Source: an uncultured virus (IMG/VR IMGVR_UViG_3300025103_000005)
Taxonomy: Duplodnaviria > Heunggongvirae > Uroviricota > Caudoviricetes
DNA: 64,000 nt
Strand: one strand, 5' to 3'
IMG/VR virus record: IMGVR_UViG_3300025103_000005
A program made the position numbers and the translations under genes. Under the pieces are notes generated by a model. The model saw only the letters and a program-made list of their open reading frames with translations, did not search any database and had not been told where the DNA came from. Of the stretch, positions 1 through 12,100 are shown one piece after another (position 1 is the first letter of the stretch; every line of letters starts with the position of its first letter).

Positions 1-1
1 A

Positions 2-394
2 GAGGCCGCAGAGGAAGTTCTTGAGGAAGAAGAGGAAGTTCTTGAGGAAGAAGAGGAAGTTCTTGAGGAAGAGGAAGAGGCTATGATAGTCCCCCCTGAG
101 AGCAACCCATTTGGTGAAGTGGATTACCACTCATGGACAGTTCGAGAATTACAGGACGAATGTAGAGAAAGAGGACTTACAATTCGTGGCACCAAGTCAG
201 AAGTCGTTTTGCGTTTGAGGCAACACGATGAAGGAATAACAATTACACAGGAAACTGAAAGCGAGACCGAAACCCCCTCGGAAGAGGCTGTTGAGGAAAC
301 GTCGGATGCCCCCTCGGAAGAGGCTGTAACCATGGAAGTGACTGAAAATGACAATAGTGGACAACAAGGAGAATATAGTAGCGAAGAAGAATGA
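2..394 (+). CDS. Acidic SAP-domain protein (5'-truncated by window edge)
   Basis: The frame of ORF 83..394 is open back to base 2 (EAAEEVLEEEEEVL...). WTVRELQDECRERGLTIRGTKSEVVLRLRQHD matches the SAP DNA-binding motif and is flanked by Glu-rich low-complexity tracts. Confidence 0.75.
   Translation, partial: EAAEEVLEEEEEVLEEEEEVLEEEEEAMIVPPESNPFGEVDYHSWTVRELQDECRERGLTIRGTKSEVVLRLRQHDEGITITQETESETETPSEEAVEETSDAPSEEAVTMEVTENDNSGQQGEYSSEEE
11..73 (+). repeat. 21-bp tandem repeat x3 (GAGGAAGTTCTTGAGGAAGAA, encoding EEVLEEE)
   Basis: Units at 11-31, 32-52 and 53-73; the last has one terminal mismatch. Confidence 0.9.
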
Positions 395-713
395 ACGAAG
401 ACATGAGATTGGCGTAAACCGCGATAATCCAGATGAAAAGATGGAGGTGTGGGTGCGCGACATTTCGTTTTTCGACGTTCAAAAAGCCGCCCAGAACCTC
501 TTTCTTGTCGATGGTGACGACGTCAAACTTGACCTTGAAGGTTATTGGAAATACGCCTTCACCAATTGGATATTGAGAACTAATCCCGAACTCTCACCGG
601 ATGACTTAGCCAACGTTAATGCCTACGTAGGGCAGCAGTTAGCCGCGCTATTACCAAAGCCAGATGAACTTGCAGAGGTGATGCAGGGGGGTTTTACGAA
701 CGCGAACAATTGA
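348..713 (+). CDS. Tail assembly chaperone, lambda gpG-like
   Basis: Small acidic ORF two genes upstream of a tape-measure-like gene, with an in-frame G GGT TTT slippery heptamer near its 3' end. Confidence 0.7.
   Translation: MTIVDNKENIVAKKNERRHEIGVNRDNPDEKMEVWVRDISFFDVQKAAQNLFLVDGDDVKLDLEGYWKYAFTNWILRTNPELSPDDLANVNAYVGQQLAALLPKPDELAEVMQGGFTNANN
689..695 (+). promoter_or_regulatory. Programmed -1 ribosomal frameshift site G GGT TTT
   Basis: X XXY YYZ heptamer in the correct phase (CAG GGG GGT TTT). The -1 frame is open (FYEREQLRVQQFL...) and continuous with ORF 710..988. Confidence 0.8.
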
Positions 714-988
714 GAGTTCAGCAGTTCCTTAAGAAACGGAAGATAGAATCTATCGAAGATTTTGGACTGCAGGCTCAGTTGTTCGCCTATATCGTGGCGA
801 AACATTACAGCATATCGCTTACAGAGGTATATCAGATGGATAAGGAGATTTTCACCCAGTCCCTTGCTTGGGCGCTCGCAATCAATGATGAAGAAGACAA
901 GGAAAGGAAAAGACAGCATATGCAAGACTCTACTGGAAATGAAACCGTGACTCTTGATTATTCATTCTTAGATGGAGAGGATATCTGA
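692..988 (+). CDS. Tail assembly chaperone C-terminal extension (gpGT-like frameshift product)
   Basis: ORF 710..988 is in the -1 frame relative to 348..713, is called only from a TTG start, and abuts the tape-measure-like gene. Confidence 0.7.
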   Translation, partial: FYEREQLRVQQFLKKRKIESIEDFGLQAQLFAYIVAKHYSISLTEVYQMDKEIFTQSLAWALAINDEEDKERKRQHMQDSTGNETVTLDYSFLDGEDI

Positions 989-1974
989 TGGCGCTAGGTG
1001 CATTACTAAACTCACTTTCTGCAGTATCAAGTTCTCTTAGTGGGATAGGCAGTGCTATGAGTGGGCTTGGAGGCATCGCATCGGGTATCGGTGGTGCACT
1101 AAAGGGCATCTTCTCTGCTGTAAAAGGAGTAGCAATCAAGGCATTCACCAAGATTAAGGAGTTTTGGAACGAGCATCTCGCTCCCATTTGGGAGGGATTC
1201 AAGAATCTTGTTGCTCCTGTGTTCAAATTTATTGGGGCTCTTTGGAGAGGACTCGTCAAACTCATGAAAGGGGTTTGGAATGAAATCTTAGTTCCGATAT
1301 GGGAGATTTTCAAAAATACGTTAGGGTTCATTTTCAATCTCATAACATTACGGTGGGGGAAAGCCATTGATAATATCAAGAATATCTGGGATATTTTAGT
1401 CGGCCGTCTTTCCGCTGTATGGAACAAGGTAATCACCCCTATCTGGGGAACTATGAAGAAGGTTGTTGGAGGTGTATTCAACGCTCTTGCTTCTACATGG
1501 GGTAAAATCTGGGGAGGTATGAAGAAGGTTGTCGGAGGTATATTCGACGCTCTTGCTTCTGCATGGGGTAGAGTGATGGGTGTGATGAAGAGCGTTTATG
1601 ATAAGACGCTTGGTCCGGTATTCTTGTTCCTCAAAGATGGAGTGGGGGCTATTATTGACGCCTTGATGAACATACTGAAAACGGCTAAGGATATCATAGG
1701 TGGCTCATTGGGTAAGGTCTTCAATTTTGGTAAATCAATAGTGGGTGGAGGAAAAAATCTCGTTACCGGCGGTGGCGGTGGCGGTGGCGGGAGCACTACA
1801 GTAGGTACATCCGTTCAGGGTGGAGTCACTCAAACATTCAATATGTCAATAGAAATGAGCGGTGTAACAGACCGCTCAGATAAGAGAGCATTGGCTCGTG
1901 AAATGAGTGACTTAATTCAAGAGGAACTCGCAAGAAACATGGGCGGTGTGACGCAACGTGGTAGGTATGCATAA
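988..1974 (+). CDS. Short tape-measure-like protein
   Basis: Follows the chaperone pair. Amphipathic helical sequence with Trp/Phe recurring at about 11/22-residue spacing (IWEGFKNLVAP, IWEIFKNTLGF, IWGTMKKVVGG) and a Gly-rich linker before the C-terminus. Confidence 0.7.
   Translation: MALGALLNSLSAVSSSLSGIGSAMSGLGGIASGIGGALKGIFSAVKGVAIKAFTKIKEFWNEHLAPIWEGFKNLVAPVFKFIGALWRGLVKLMKGVWNEILVPIWEIFKNTLGFIFNLITLRWGKAIDNIKNIWDILVGRLSAVWNKVITPIWGTMKKVVGGVFNALASTWGKIWGGMKKVVGGIFDALASAWGRVMGVMKSVYDKTLGPVFLFLKDGVGAIIDALMNILKTAKDIIGGSLGKVFNFGKSIVGGGKNLVTGGGGGGGGSTTVGTSVQGGVTQTFNMSIEMSGVTDRSDKRALAREMSDLIQEELARNMGGVTQRGRYA
1441..1570 (+). repeat. 66-bp-period in-frame tandem duplication inside the tape-measure gene
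   Basis: 1441-1504 and 1507-1570 are near-identical, encoding IWGTMKKVVGGVFNALASTWG and IWGGMKKVVGGIFDALASAWG. Confidence 0.9.
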
Positions 1975-3149
1975 TGCCTTCTGCTACTCCCATTAGACTC
2001 GTGCAAGAGAATGGTAGACTCATTGAGTTAGATGCTCAAGAGATGGTCCTGACTACAACAAGAAAGGTAGGCGGGTCGCCTATGCCCTTCAGTGGTAGCA
2101 AGCGTATAGGATTCGACCTTAACGTGAACCAAGCGATGATAAACATCAGAGGCATAATAGCCGACGATAGGAGTGCTGGAGCAAGCACGGCAGCATCAGC
2201 CGTGATTAACTTCGCAAGAGGCGGTGGGCTTGGACATAGACACGAAGCATTCGCAACAAGCACTAATCTCACTGCTCTGTTGGGCCAGAAGTTAGAGATA
2301 ACCGACCTTTCTGGCACCAAGAGATACATCACTTTCACTTCGACGGGTTCTGGTGTCGCAAGGCATAATTCAGGTAATGACGATGTTCTAATCAACCTCT
2401 CTGAGGCAGATAGCACCGTTGTCGGCAATCTCGCCAGTGCTGTTAATACTTGTATCAATGATAGGTTCTCGGCTGCTTTATCGAGCGCAGTTGCACGGAC
2501 TACAAATCCCGATGGCGATGAAGATAATTGGGGCGTTTCCATATCTATGGTAGCGAAAGGAGCAGTTTCCAATAATGGCACGCCGAGATTCATCCCCGAT
2601 ACAGGCGTCACTGGGGGATTCTTTTCCTCGGAAATCAACCCTTTCTCAGGCGGGTCTACAGGTAAGAAGAAATCGGCAGGCGATAAGGCCATGGACCTCT
2701 ATGGAATACTCAATAATAGCGTAACAAAGGCTGGGAGAGAATTTGTAGGGCTTGCTATGATTATAGGCGGTATTGCTGCTGTTCCAGCCACTGGGGGCTT
2801 ATCACTTGCTGGCTCACTTGCCGGCGTAGCAGTTGCGACTACCAAATCCAATGATGAGAACGATTACATCACAGGATTACAGATACCTTACAATTCATCT
2901 ATCAAAGCGGAGGATGGAGAATTATATACTGCAAGGAACTTTTTCATGCCCACTGGATTATTTGGCGGAGTAAAAGGCTTGGGTAAGACTTCTGAGGGTA
3001 ACGACTACCCAGCAAGTGTTGCGTTCGACCAAGGAGATAAGTTCACAGGCATTCAAGGCGCTGTACAAAAATTAGACATTATGTATGATGCCGGAGAGAC
3101 AGTATACTCGTTCAACATGATATTCGCCCCAGTGGATAACTTGTTGTGA
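1974..3149 (+). CDS. Putative distal tail / tail-tip protein
   Basis: Directly follows the tape measure gene with a TAATG overlap. Beta-rich, with one hydrophobic Gly/Ala segment. Function assigned from position only. Confidence 0.45.
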   Translation: MPSATPIRLVQENGRLIELDAQEMVLTTTRKVGGSPMPFSGSKRIGFDLNVNQAMINIRGIIADDRSAGASTAASAVINFARGGGLGHRHEAFATSTNLTALLGQKLEITDLSGTKRYITFTSTGSGVARHNSGNDDVLINLSEADSTVVGNLASAVNTCINDRFSAALSSAVARTTNPDGDEDNWGVSISMVAKGAVSNNGTPRFIPDTGVTGGFFSSEINPFSGGSTGKKKSAGDKAMDLYGILNNSVTKAGREFVGLAMIIGGIAAVPATGGLSLAGSLAGVAVATTKSNDENDYITGLQIPYNSSIKAEDGELYTARNFFMPTGLFGGVKGLGKTSEGNDYPASVAFDQGDKFTGIQGAVQKLDIMYDAGETVYSFNMIFAPVDNLL

Positions 3150-3153
3150 TGAT

Positions 3154-6100
3154 ATGACTGTGATAGGCCGCTCCAATCATGCGTTCTTCTTTGATGGCGT
3201 GAGCGATAGTATCATTATTCCAGAAGGGCAGTTTACTGCGCTTGGTCATAAGACGCTTGATGGTGCGAGTGATGTAAGAAATATCCTCGATGAATCGCCG
3301 CACGGCCATCGTACACTAACTCCTTCATCTGGTAAGTTCTCCAATTATCTCGTCATCGAGGCTTGGATAATGCCAGATTGTGGCGGCACTGTGATAGAAA
3401 AGGAAGGGCAGTTCAAACTCACTGTAGGCAATGTAGATACTCCCGGCCCTGCAGTATTTGAGGTCTTTCTCAAGGATGGTGTGAGCACTCAAAGATTTCA
3501 ACTTAGCACCGCTACTAAGCAGAGCACCAGATATGAGGGCACTGTTTATCCATCTTCTTCATATGGTGGGATTCATGATTCATACAACAGATTCACAGGT
3601 TTAACCTATGATGATGCTACTGACCTAAATCGTAACCACAGGCCTCTACTTCACGTAGTTGCAGCAGTTAAATCGACGGCGATAGAGTTGTATGTGAATG
3701 GGTCGATTGTAGTCAGTAAAGACATTAAGGATACCAATTTTACTTTGGCTAAGTCTAATGCTCATGTGTATGTAGGTGGTAAGGGCGGTCAGTTTAGAGG
3801 CGTCATCGAAGCCGTGCATCTGAATGGAGGACTGAAAAATACTCATATTACTGGCAATACTCCATTACCAGACGGTAGCACTCAACTTCTCTATCGTTTC
3901 GAGGAGCCGATTAGTCCCATTGAGGGAATATACAACATTACCAATATCGCAACGAATGGCACTCAAGTTGGAGGGCAGTCTGTTACTATCTCGCAAATTA
4001 CTCTCTCTGATGCAGAAGCGACGGCGCTTGCGAAGAAATTAACGGGGCTATCTACGGTTAGCGGCAATTATGCTTTCACGTCCTCCCCATATAGCAATGG
4101 AGATTATGAGATTACGCAGAGCACTTCTTCTGGAACAACCATGCGAAAGATTCCTCATGTTCCATACAATATACTCGTTAATCCGGGTAGCATCAATCCG
4201 AATACTAAGATACCTAATCAGACTCCTCCAGAGAGACTCAGACTTCATAATATCAATGTGGACACTAATACTTGTCTTGTTTCCAGTATTCATCTTGACT
4301 TTGCCGCAACTCCAACAAGCGGTATTAGAGGAATGCTTCATACATCCCGTAGCACCGATGTAGACAATCATTTCGTGGTCATAGGTGCAGACTTACTGAT
4401 AGATAGTGGGACTGGGAAGCCGTATCAACCTCCTCACTTCTCTTCTCAGATAGTGGATAGAACGGGGCAGATGGTGATAGATGAGGGGATATTCGAGTCT
4501 CATGGCTTCGTGTATTCGAGTCGAATGGCTACTACTACCTCCGACCCCGATAATCCCTATGCAGTTGTATGGCCCACTTCATTAGATGCTGCATTTCAAA
4601 TCGGACATAGTGGGAGACATACGTTGAACCATGTTGATGGTCATGAGTTCCTTAGAATACTCCCAAGAGCCAACGATGAGATAATCGACCAACAGATAGA
4701 TGGCTCGGCAGATATAATCGACATTATGTATGATGATGCTCAGAAAGGTGTCGATAAGCAGATATCTGTCAATAGCAGGGTAGATGTATACAGAGAGGCT
4801 GGAAACTTCAAGATAAACGATGTAGTTAATTCGAGCACTGTTACAGCCGCCTTCAATTCGTATCACAATACATCTTCACCTCCTGCTGGAAAGAAGAAAC
4901 TCATAGCCATCGGCGGTCCTAATTTTGACTTCACTCCATTCATGCTAAAGGGGCCAGTACCAGCATGGAAAGGCACCTTTAATGACGAAACAAGAAAATT
5001 CCATCTTCGACCCTCGAAGGAAAGCAGAGTAGCATTATTGCATGTTCCGCAATTGAGCAGCACCAATGTCAAGTTCGCTCCATATGTTGAGATTCACTAC
5101 AACGCAGTAGACCTTACTGGAGCAAGCATGAGTGGAACAACCCAACCCCTATTGATGGTTGAGAAAACCGTTCCTGCTTCCGATGTGGCTACTGGTGGTG
5201 GCTCTTACATCTATGATGCCATAATCAATGCCATAGGCTCTGGAAAGACTCTCTATTCGCCGGGCGGTTATATTGACATCGCTGCTATCGCAGAACTCTC
5301 ATTGAATAGTTTAGCCATGCCTCATTCTATGATAGGTGATGTAAGTGAGGGATATTCGGCAGACGATGAGTTAGATGATTCCCTTACTCCTTACAGGTTC
5401 ACTGATGGTGTAGGTGCAGTAAACTTCACTCCCAGAGCAGATGCTGACTCGATTCAGAATAGTCCACCGAAAGTGATTGTGGAATCAGTAAGTAGCACTG
5501 GAACTCATGAGTCGGTATTCAATAGGATAGCATTGAACAAAGTGGAGCAGAAAGTAAATCTCACAGACAAAGGGTTGTATTCCAGAGTTGAACCACACAC
5601 AACGGCAGACAGTCCTTCTGCTGGAGAGTTCGATACTGCTACCGCATCGTCTTCTACGCCGATTCACGAAGTCTTCGATATCATAGACAATATCGAGATA
5701 GTAGATTCGCCCACATCAGACACCAGAATAATCATTCAACCATCTGATAGAAGGAGAACCAATCAACTGACTAACGTCAAGTCATTAGTCTCCACTTCAG
5801 ATGATGCGAACACAGCCTCGCTCATGTATCTCATGAGTCGCGCTCGTGTGAGAAGCATAGAAGAAACTGAGGGAGAAGGGCAGAACTTCACTACCATACG
5901 CTGCATTGGTCTTTCTGAAGCAGCAACTTCCCGTTCCATCAATGAGATAGGTAGAGGAAGTCCAGACTCTCATATCGTCAAGGAGATAGAGCCGAACTCA
6001 CCTGTGGTAACAGTCACGCTTGGAGGACCGGGGCAGGGAGCGATGGACACAAAGCCTACGAATCAGCCAAGTATTCTCGCTCATGAACCATATTCTTCTC

Positions 6101-9100
6101 GTCGTGCTTTTGCAGCAATGGCCCATAAGTTGGTGGCTAACTTCAGTAATGGAGCCGATGTGCTTCATGTAAAGGCCATCAATAATGAATCTGCAGATAT
6201 GCAAAGTTGGGGCACTTACGGATTCCCACGTTATGGTAGGGTGTATCTTGCAGATGGGAGCAGTGGGAAGTATGATTCCAAGAATGGAACGACCTTCACG
6301 TTTTCATTAGGTGCGCTGGGTTCGGGCGACTTCGTCTCATCGAGCGGTGTCGAATATACCTCGATGGCGAGACTGCTCAATGCTACTGGTTTTCTCAAAG
6401 GAGAAACGAGTGGAACCCCGACTCTGGAAGGTATTTTCACTGTATACAATGAACCAGACTTTGGGGAGCAGTCGAGGATAGAGAATGGTAGCACTGTGAA
6501 TGACCGTATGTTCCAGAGTATGAGTGATGTTAGCCACGATTACCAATTAGGCACCCAATACGCCAGCACTCGCGCTTTGGCCGAGATACCTTTCTTCTCT
6601 CATCAGTTCTTTGACAGTGGGGTGGGCCCAGATAATGGATTCAAGATTCACATAGACGCCACTCACACTGCTCACACGTGGAACCCAAGTCCAGTAGGGA
6701 GACGGCTCAAGGACGTAATGCCAGCAGACAGGGAGGCTCAATCTGCGTATTCACACGCTTTGGCTAACAGGGAATATATCAACTCGACATTCATCACAAA
6801 ATGGGATGCGTCTAACAAACGTCTCTATGTGAACGACATCAATGTGTTCCCGGATGCTACCACATCGACAGGCACTTACAGAGGAGTAACGACAGCATAC
6901 AGATACAGAAAGGTCTGGCTCGGTAACGGAGAGTGGGCTTGGTATAGTGGAGTGAACACAGGTGACAAGTATCTTACCATCGTTGATGCAGAATACGGCC
7001 ACACAAGTAATTTTCTTGATGGACTCGATGTAGGCACTCCCGTTTTTGCTGGCGGAATCGGTTTTGATGATACTCTCTCCCCTCTGGCATCAGACGAGTT
7101 TACTCCATCGTCTGACTTTGAAGGCAGAAGCGAGTATTACTACGACGCAGCCAGTGTAAAGACGCAGGGCGGAAATGTGGATTACGGTCTGCGCCAATAT
7201 GCGAGCGCAGTGGAGTTCAAGGCTGGTCCGGAAAGTAATCCCCATGCTGCGCACATGGAGACTAAGCGAGCCACCACTACTGTGCTGAGCGCTACAGAAT
7301 ACAGTCTTGGAACCCTATTGAAAGCGATAGTGATAACCGTACCTGATGAGGACTTCTCAAAATTCCCAAGCCTCGGTTATGATGAGATGCAGAATATGCC
7401 CATTGGCACTGGGACATTGCGATACTCAGTTCAGTATGATGATGGCACTAATGTGTTCGATTATCAGTATCATGGGCATTTGAAGAAACTCCCGCTATCA
7501 CCTACAGTAGATATACCTGAGAATGGCCTTGTTCTCGTATACCTCCAAACCACACCTCTCTATCCAGCATCGCTCAATGGAAAGAAGATTACGCTCGCTA
7601 AGAAGTGCAGGGATGTCATTAGTTCTAACATGACTACCGCACTCACAACCACAAGTCAGATGCACCCGCTATGGAGCGAACTCAATGACAATCTGATGAT
7701 TGACACGAACATAGTAATCACTGCACAAGCGGCGAATAGCAGCGCTCCCTATACCATTGAGATAACCAATCAGACTGGTAAGAACGTCAACGACCTCCAC
7801 GGTCTCAATGTCAAGAAAGACGACATCCTCTACTACAAGACCACTGCTAACGTCATTCACAAGATAGGGACTGTGACTAAGGTCACAGAAGCGCTTGCTA
7901 ATGACAAGCAGACGATAACGCTGAGCGCTGCCACACCGATAATTCCAGCCAATGCCAAATTAGCAGTGCGGATAGGCGATTATGAGGACAAGGACGCCAT
8001 ACTCAATGCCAAGTGGCTCAACCCCTATGCACCGGGTGGATTGCGAAACGGGGATACGGTATGGGCCAATATGTCTTACAACAACCCCCATGCAGTTGAG
8101 GGGCTATTCGCAAAGAGCAGGGGAGTTCTGAATGAAGCGCAGGTATGGAAGGAGTTTAACGGAGGAAAAGGAGATTTGGATACGACTAATCCAAGAGATA
8201 GTATACCGCTTGAAAACTTCCTAATTGGAAACACCTGCCTTGAAACTGCGAGGAATTACGTACAACACGTGAATAGGACTGTGGAGGAGAACTACAAGGC
8301 GCTGGGTCTCACAGCCGCTCAAGCCCCCACTGTGGCCTACGTAGACCCATATCTGGCTGAAGATGGACACGCACGCGTGCTTTTGTATGATACTGCGCAC
8401 GATAGGGAGTTTGTAGCCTTCCAAGATATTCACATGCAGGTGCAGTCAAGCGCCCAAGCCGCAGAGATAGGTTGGCCGAAGGAAGTCGTGGAAGATGGTG
8501 GCACAAGCAGAAGCAGACTCGACAAGATTACTGCGACATACAACGGCTCTGGTCCAAGCCCATGGACTACGCAGATAGACGTGGCTAACGGATTCCTTTC
8601 ACAGAATCCCTACATACGAGGTACTCAACAGTCTAAGTTCATCGAGAGCGCATACGCTCATGACCTTGCTAACAGGCATACGCTTGATTTGCTTGAAAGT
8701 AGCACTTATCGTGACTCTCCAATAGCATCGGGAGTTCTAATTAACAAACCTCTCAATCCTACATATTATTCGGCAGGATACACAGGGGCTATGGTAGTAG
8801 ATGGTGTTGATGCCACAACTGTCTACTCTGTGGGTGATACACTCTTCAGTTCAGTCGGCGCTATTGCGGGTTTAATCACAGCGATTTCGCCTACATCAAT
8901 CACAGTTGGTGGAGGTATTGCTGTGCAGTTGGCTAATAACCAGAATCTACAGTCTAACGTTAATTTGACGCTTCCCGATGATGGTAGGAAGATAGCAGGC
9001 GCGAGATTGTATGGTAAGGCTCACGGTCACCATGTCCATACGGGCTATTCGTTCGGTGGAACAGTATCTGGTCTCAGCGTTGATAATAGTGTGACTTCGA

Positions 9101-12100
9101 GGACTAATGACTCTGTGGCTCTCTACAAGGTTGCAGATGGTTATCACTCATTTACCAGAATACCAGTTGATTCGTTTGATACCTTTACGAATGAACTGGT
9201 GAGACTTAGAAACGGAACGACAAACTGTTCCTTCCGTGACCCTTCAACATTCTTTGATACTCCAGATGGGACCAGAGTGATTCCCGCTTTCCTTTGTCTA
9301 AAAGGAATACGTAGCACGACACTTGACTTGTCATCTCACGAAGAGAGTAGACTCCAACATCTGCCTCAGTGGAAGGACATGGACTTCGTTAGGAGGCTTA
9401 CGATAGACTGCGGTGAGGTTGCTCAGAAGGATGGAGTAGTCAATACTGAGGCAGCAGCGCAGGAAATTGTGCGATTAATCAACCAACATGCTGCTCTAAA
9501 CGCTCGTTATACAGATGGTTCCGCGCACGACCCTGCACCATTCTGGCATACCGATAACAATGACCGAGGAACTCACATGGGGTATATTCGTGCCCATATC
9601 GGCAGAGAAGTTCAGGATTTGAACGGAGATACAGGTTACACGGTAGTGATTCACAGCACAGTGCCCGGCGCTACTGGCAGGAACTTCTGCACATGGCTCG
9701 ACAATAGCACAGGACAACACCCCTATCAACCGCAGTTCCTCATCGGTCATGGTGGAAGGTGGCGTAACTTCTGGGCATTGCCCGAAGAGGGTGAGGGGGA
9801 GAATATGCATCCCGCGCCATTGCCTCTGAATAAGCATGGAAGACCATTTGCCCCAATCACCACATTACAGCAGTATATCACTGCAGAAGAAAGCGGAGAG
9901 GAAGTCAGAAGCGTTGCTGAGTTTGAGGAAGATAGTGTTCTTAGAGCAGTATCTGATACAGTAAGTGGAAAGAATCACAACACAATAAACAATGAATCTT
10001 TCTCGCTCAAGGGTTCATCTTCCACACTTGTGAAAGGTCTCAGAGTTGGCAGTAGAGCAACCTCTCGTATCAATTTCGGAGGACTGGTAGCCAGTGGAGT
10101 GCCCGGTTGGGCGCCAGATGCTGGGATTTGGGGCTTCGGAAAGATTGGAGATACCAAGTTCAATAAGCGATACGGTTCATCTTCGGTGACATCATACAGC
10201 AGTCATGTGCCAACTGTAGATAAGTTGTCTGACGCAATAGGTAGCGGTCAATTATACGGTTTTAGACTCAAGGACAATGTTGGTTCTGAGTCTGGGCTAA
10301 GGTTCGTATATCGGAAGATGGGTGATTCTTTCGCCAATGAGAACACCACCTTACCTTCAACAATAGAGGAGGAGGTCTGCGTTTTCTTTGATGATAGAGA
10401 CGTAGCACAAGGCGGATTTACTGTCGGTAATCACATGCACGGCACAGGAGACGCTACGGGTAGAATGGATTTTGGTGTATTGTCCATAGAATCGAGTTCG
10501 TGGAAAGGAGCAAGATGGAGAGGAGTTCATGCTCCAAGTATTGCTGCTTACGTCGGCACGGCCGTATCGGGCACTAAAATGACGATAACGTTCCCTGCGC
10601 CTTTCGATGCTGCATTTTCTGATGATAAATTAGGATATTTGGGCTTCCCAAGAGAAAACGGTCTGATACAGATTTCGGATATTGACGGCGATGGCGACGC
10701 TGATGTTGGTCTGACTCTCTCATACACAAGAAGGGATGGTAATGTATTCTACGGTATCACAGGTTTACCAAGTTGGACTGATACGAATTATCTCATCACT
10801 CCTGTATTGAATTGGACTACTCTTGTCACTGACGAACTTATGGCTGCCGTAACTGCCGCCGCAATAAACGCTGGAAGGGAAGTAAATACCGAAGATGGGC
10901 ATATCTTCGATTGTACTGAGATGTATGCGGCAGACGGGCGAACTTTCGGTGAATGGGGCGTCAGCGAAAATGCTGTGCGCATTCGGGCATACAATACTCA
11001 GAAGCCGGTAATTCCTCTAAATGAGGCGTTTTCTGCTACTCTTCATCGTGACTTTGGCATTCAAGCGGCTCATCTTGAGTTCGGAGAGGTCAAAAAGGTT
11101 ACAAGACCCACAGGTACTGCTGACTGGGACTTCGATACCGGGTCGAATTATGCCACATCTCGTGCAGTCACAGACGCATTGATAGATGATAGCAGAGGCA
11201 TAGACTGCGGCTACATCCCCTATACCCTCTTGCAGATTCGTTCCTTTGCACGTGGTCCTCATGCTAATACTGCAACACCTAATTTGGTCGATTCTAAGAA
11301 TACTCCAGTCAATATCAATGAATGGAGAGAGAATCTCAAGGGTATACGATATACGAGGTCGTCCGGCGACCATATCTTACCGCATATTGATACTCCACAT
11401 TCTGTGCTAAATATGGGTTGGACTGCTATTCCTACTACGCCTAATCTGGTAACAGATTACGCTGCTGGATATCCAATAGGTTGGACAGATGCAATAGCGA
11501 TAGACACAGGAAATTCTGCCAATATAGCAGTAGGAGACATAGTCGCTACGAATAATGGTAAGGTGGTAGGAGAGGTCACTGTAGTAAACGGCACTGCTTC
11601 ATTCACAATAGGTGGAGGAACTCAGACGAGTTTGCCTGATGGCAGTATCATAAACAAGAGATTGACTGGTTCTGCTGGTGGAGTAGGTTGGCTTACAAGC
11701 GCAACACTCGGCGCTGCCATGTTCCACTTTATGATACCCGCTGGAAATGATTCGGGTAATATCCCATCATTCGGAGAGAAAAAGAAAGTATGGTTGAATG
11801 AGAAGGATTCTCTTTTCGCTGAGAGTAAGAGGGGAGCGACCAGTTCAACCGTGCTTTCTTGGGACATCGAAAACGCTGAAGGTAACATAACAAGAGACGC
11901 ACCATATTGGAATAATCTTCTATCACTTAGCAATAACAGAGATTTCGATGGACTGCGCTCCATAGGTAGTGTCTTCTCAGAACCGGTTGTATATTTCAGA
12001 GGGGGAAAAAGCAGCAGCGACCACAGCGTGCCTCTTTACTTCGGAGGCGGATTCAGTGGCGTTACGCTCGATGTGAATGACGGCACTAATAATGACTACT

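Noticed and set aside
1765..1791. GGC/GGT run
   Set aside because: It encodes a poly-Gly linker in the tape-measure-like protein and is not a separate element.
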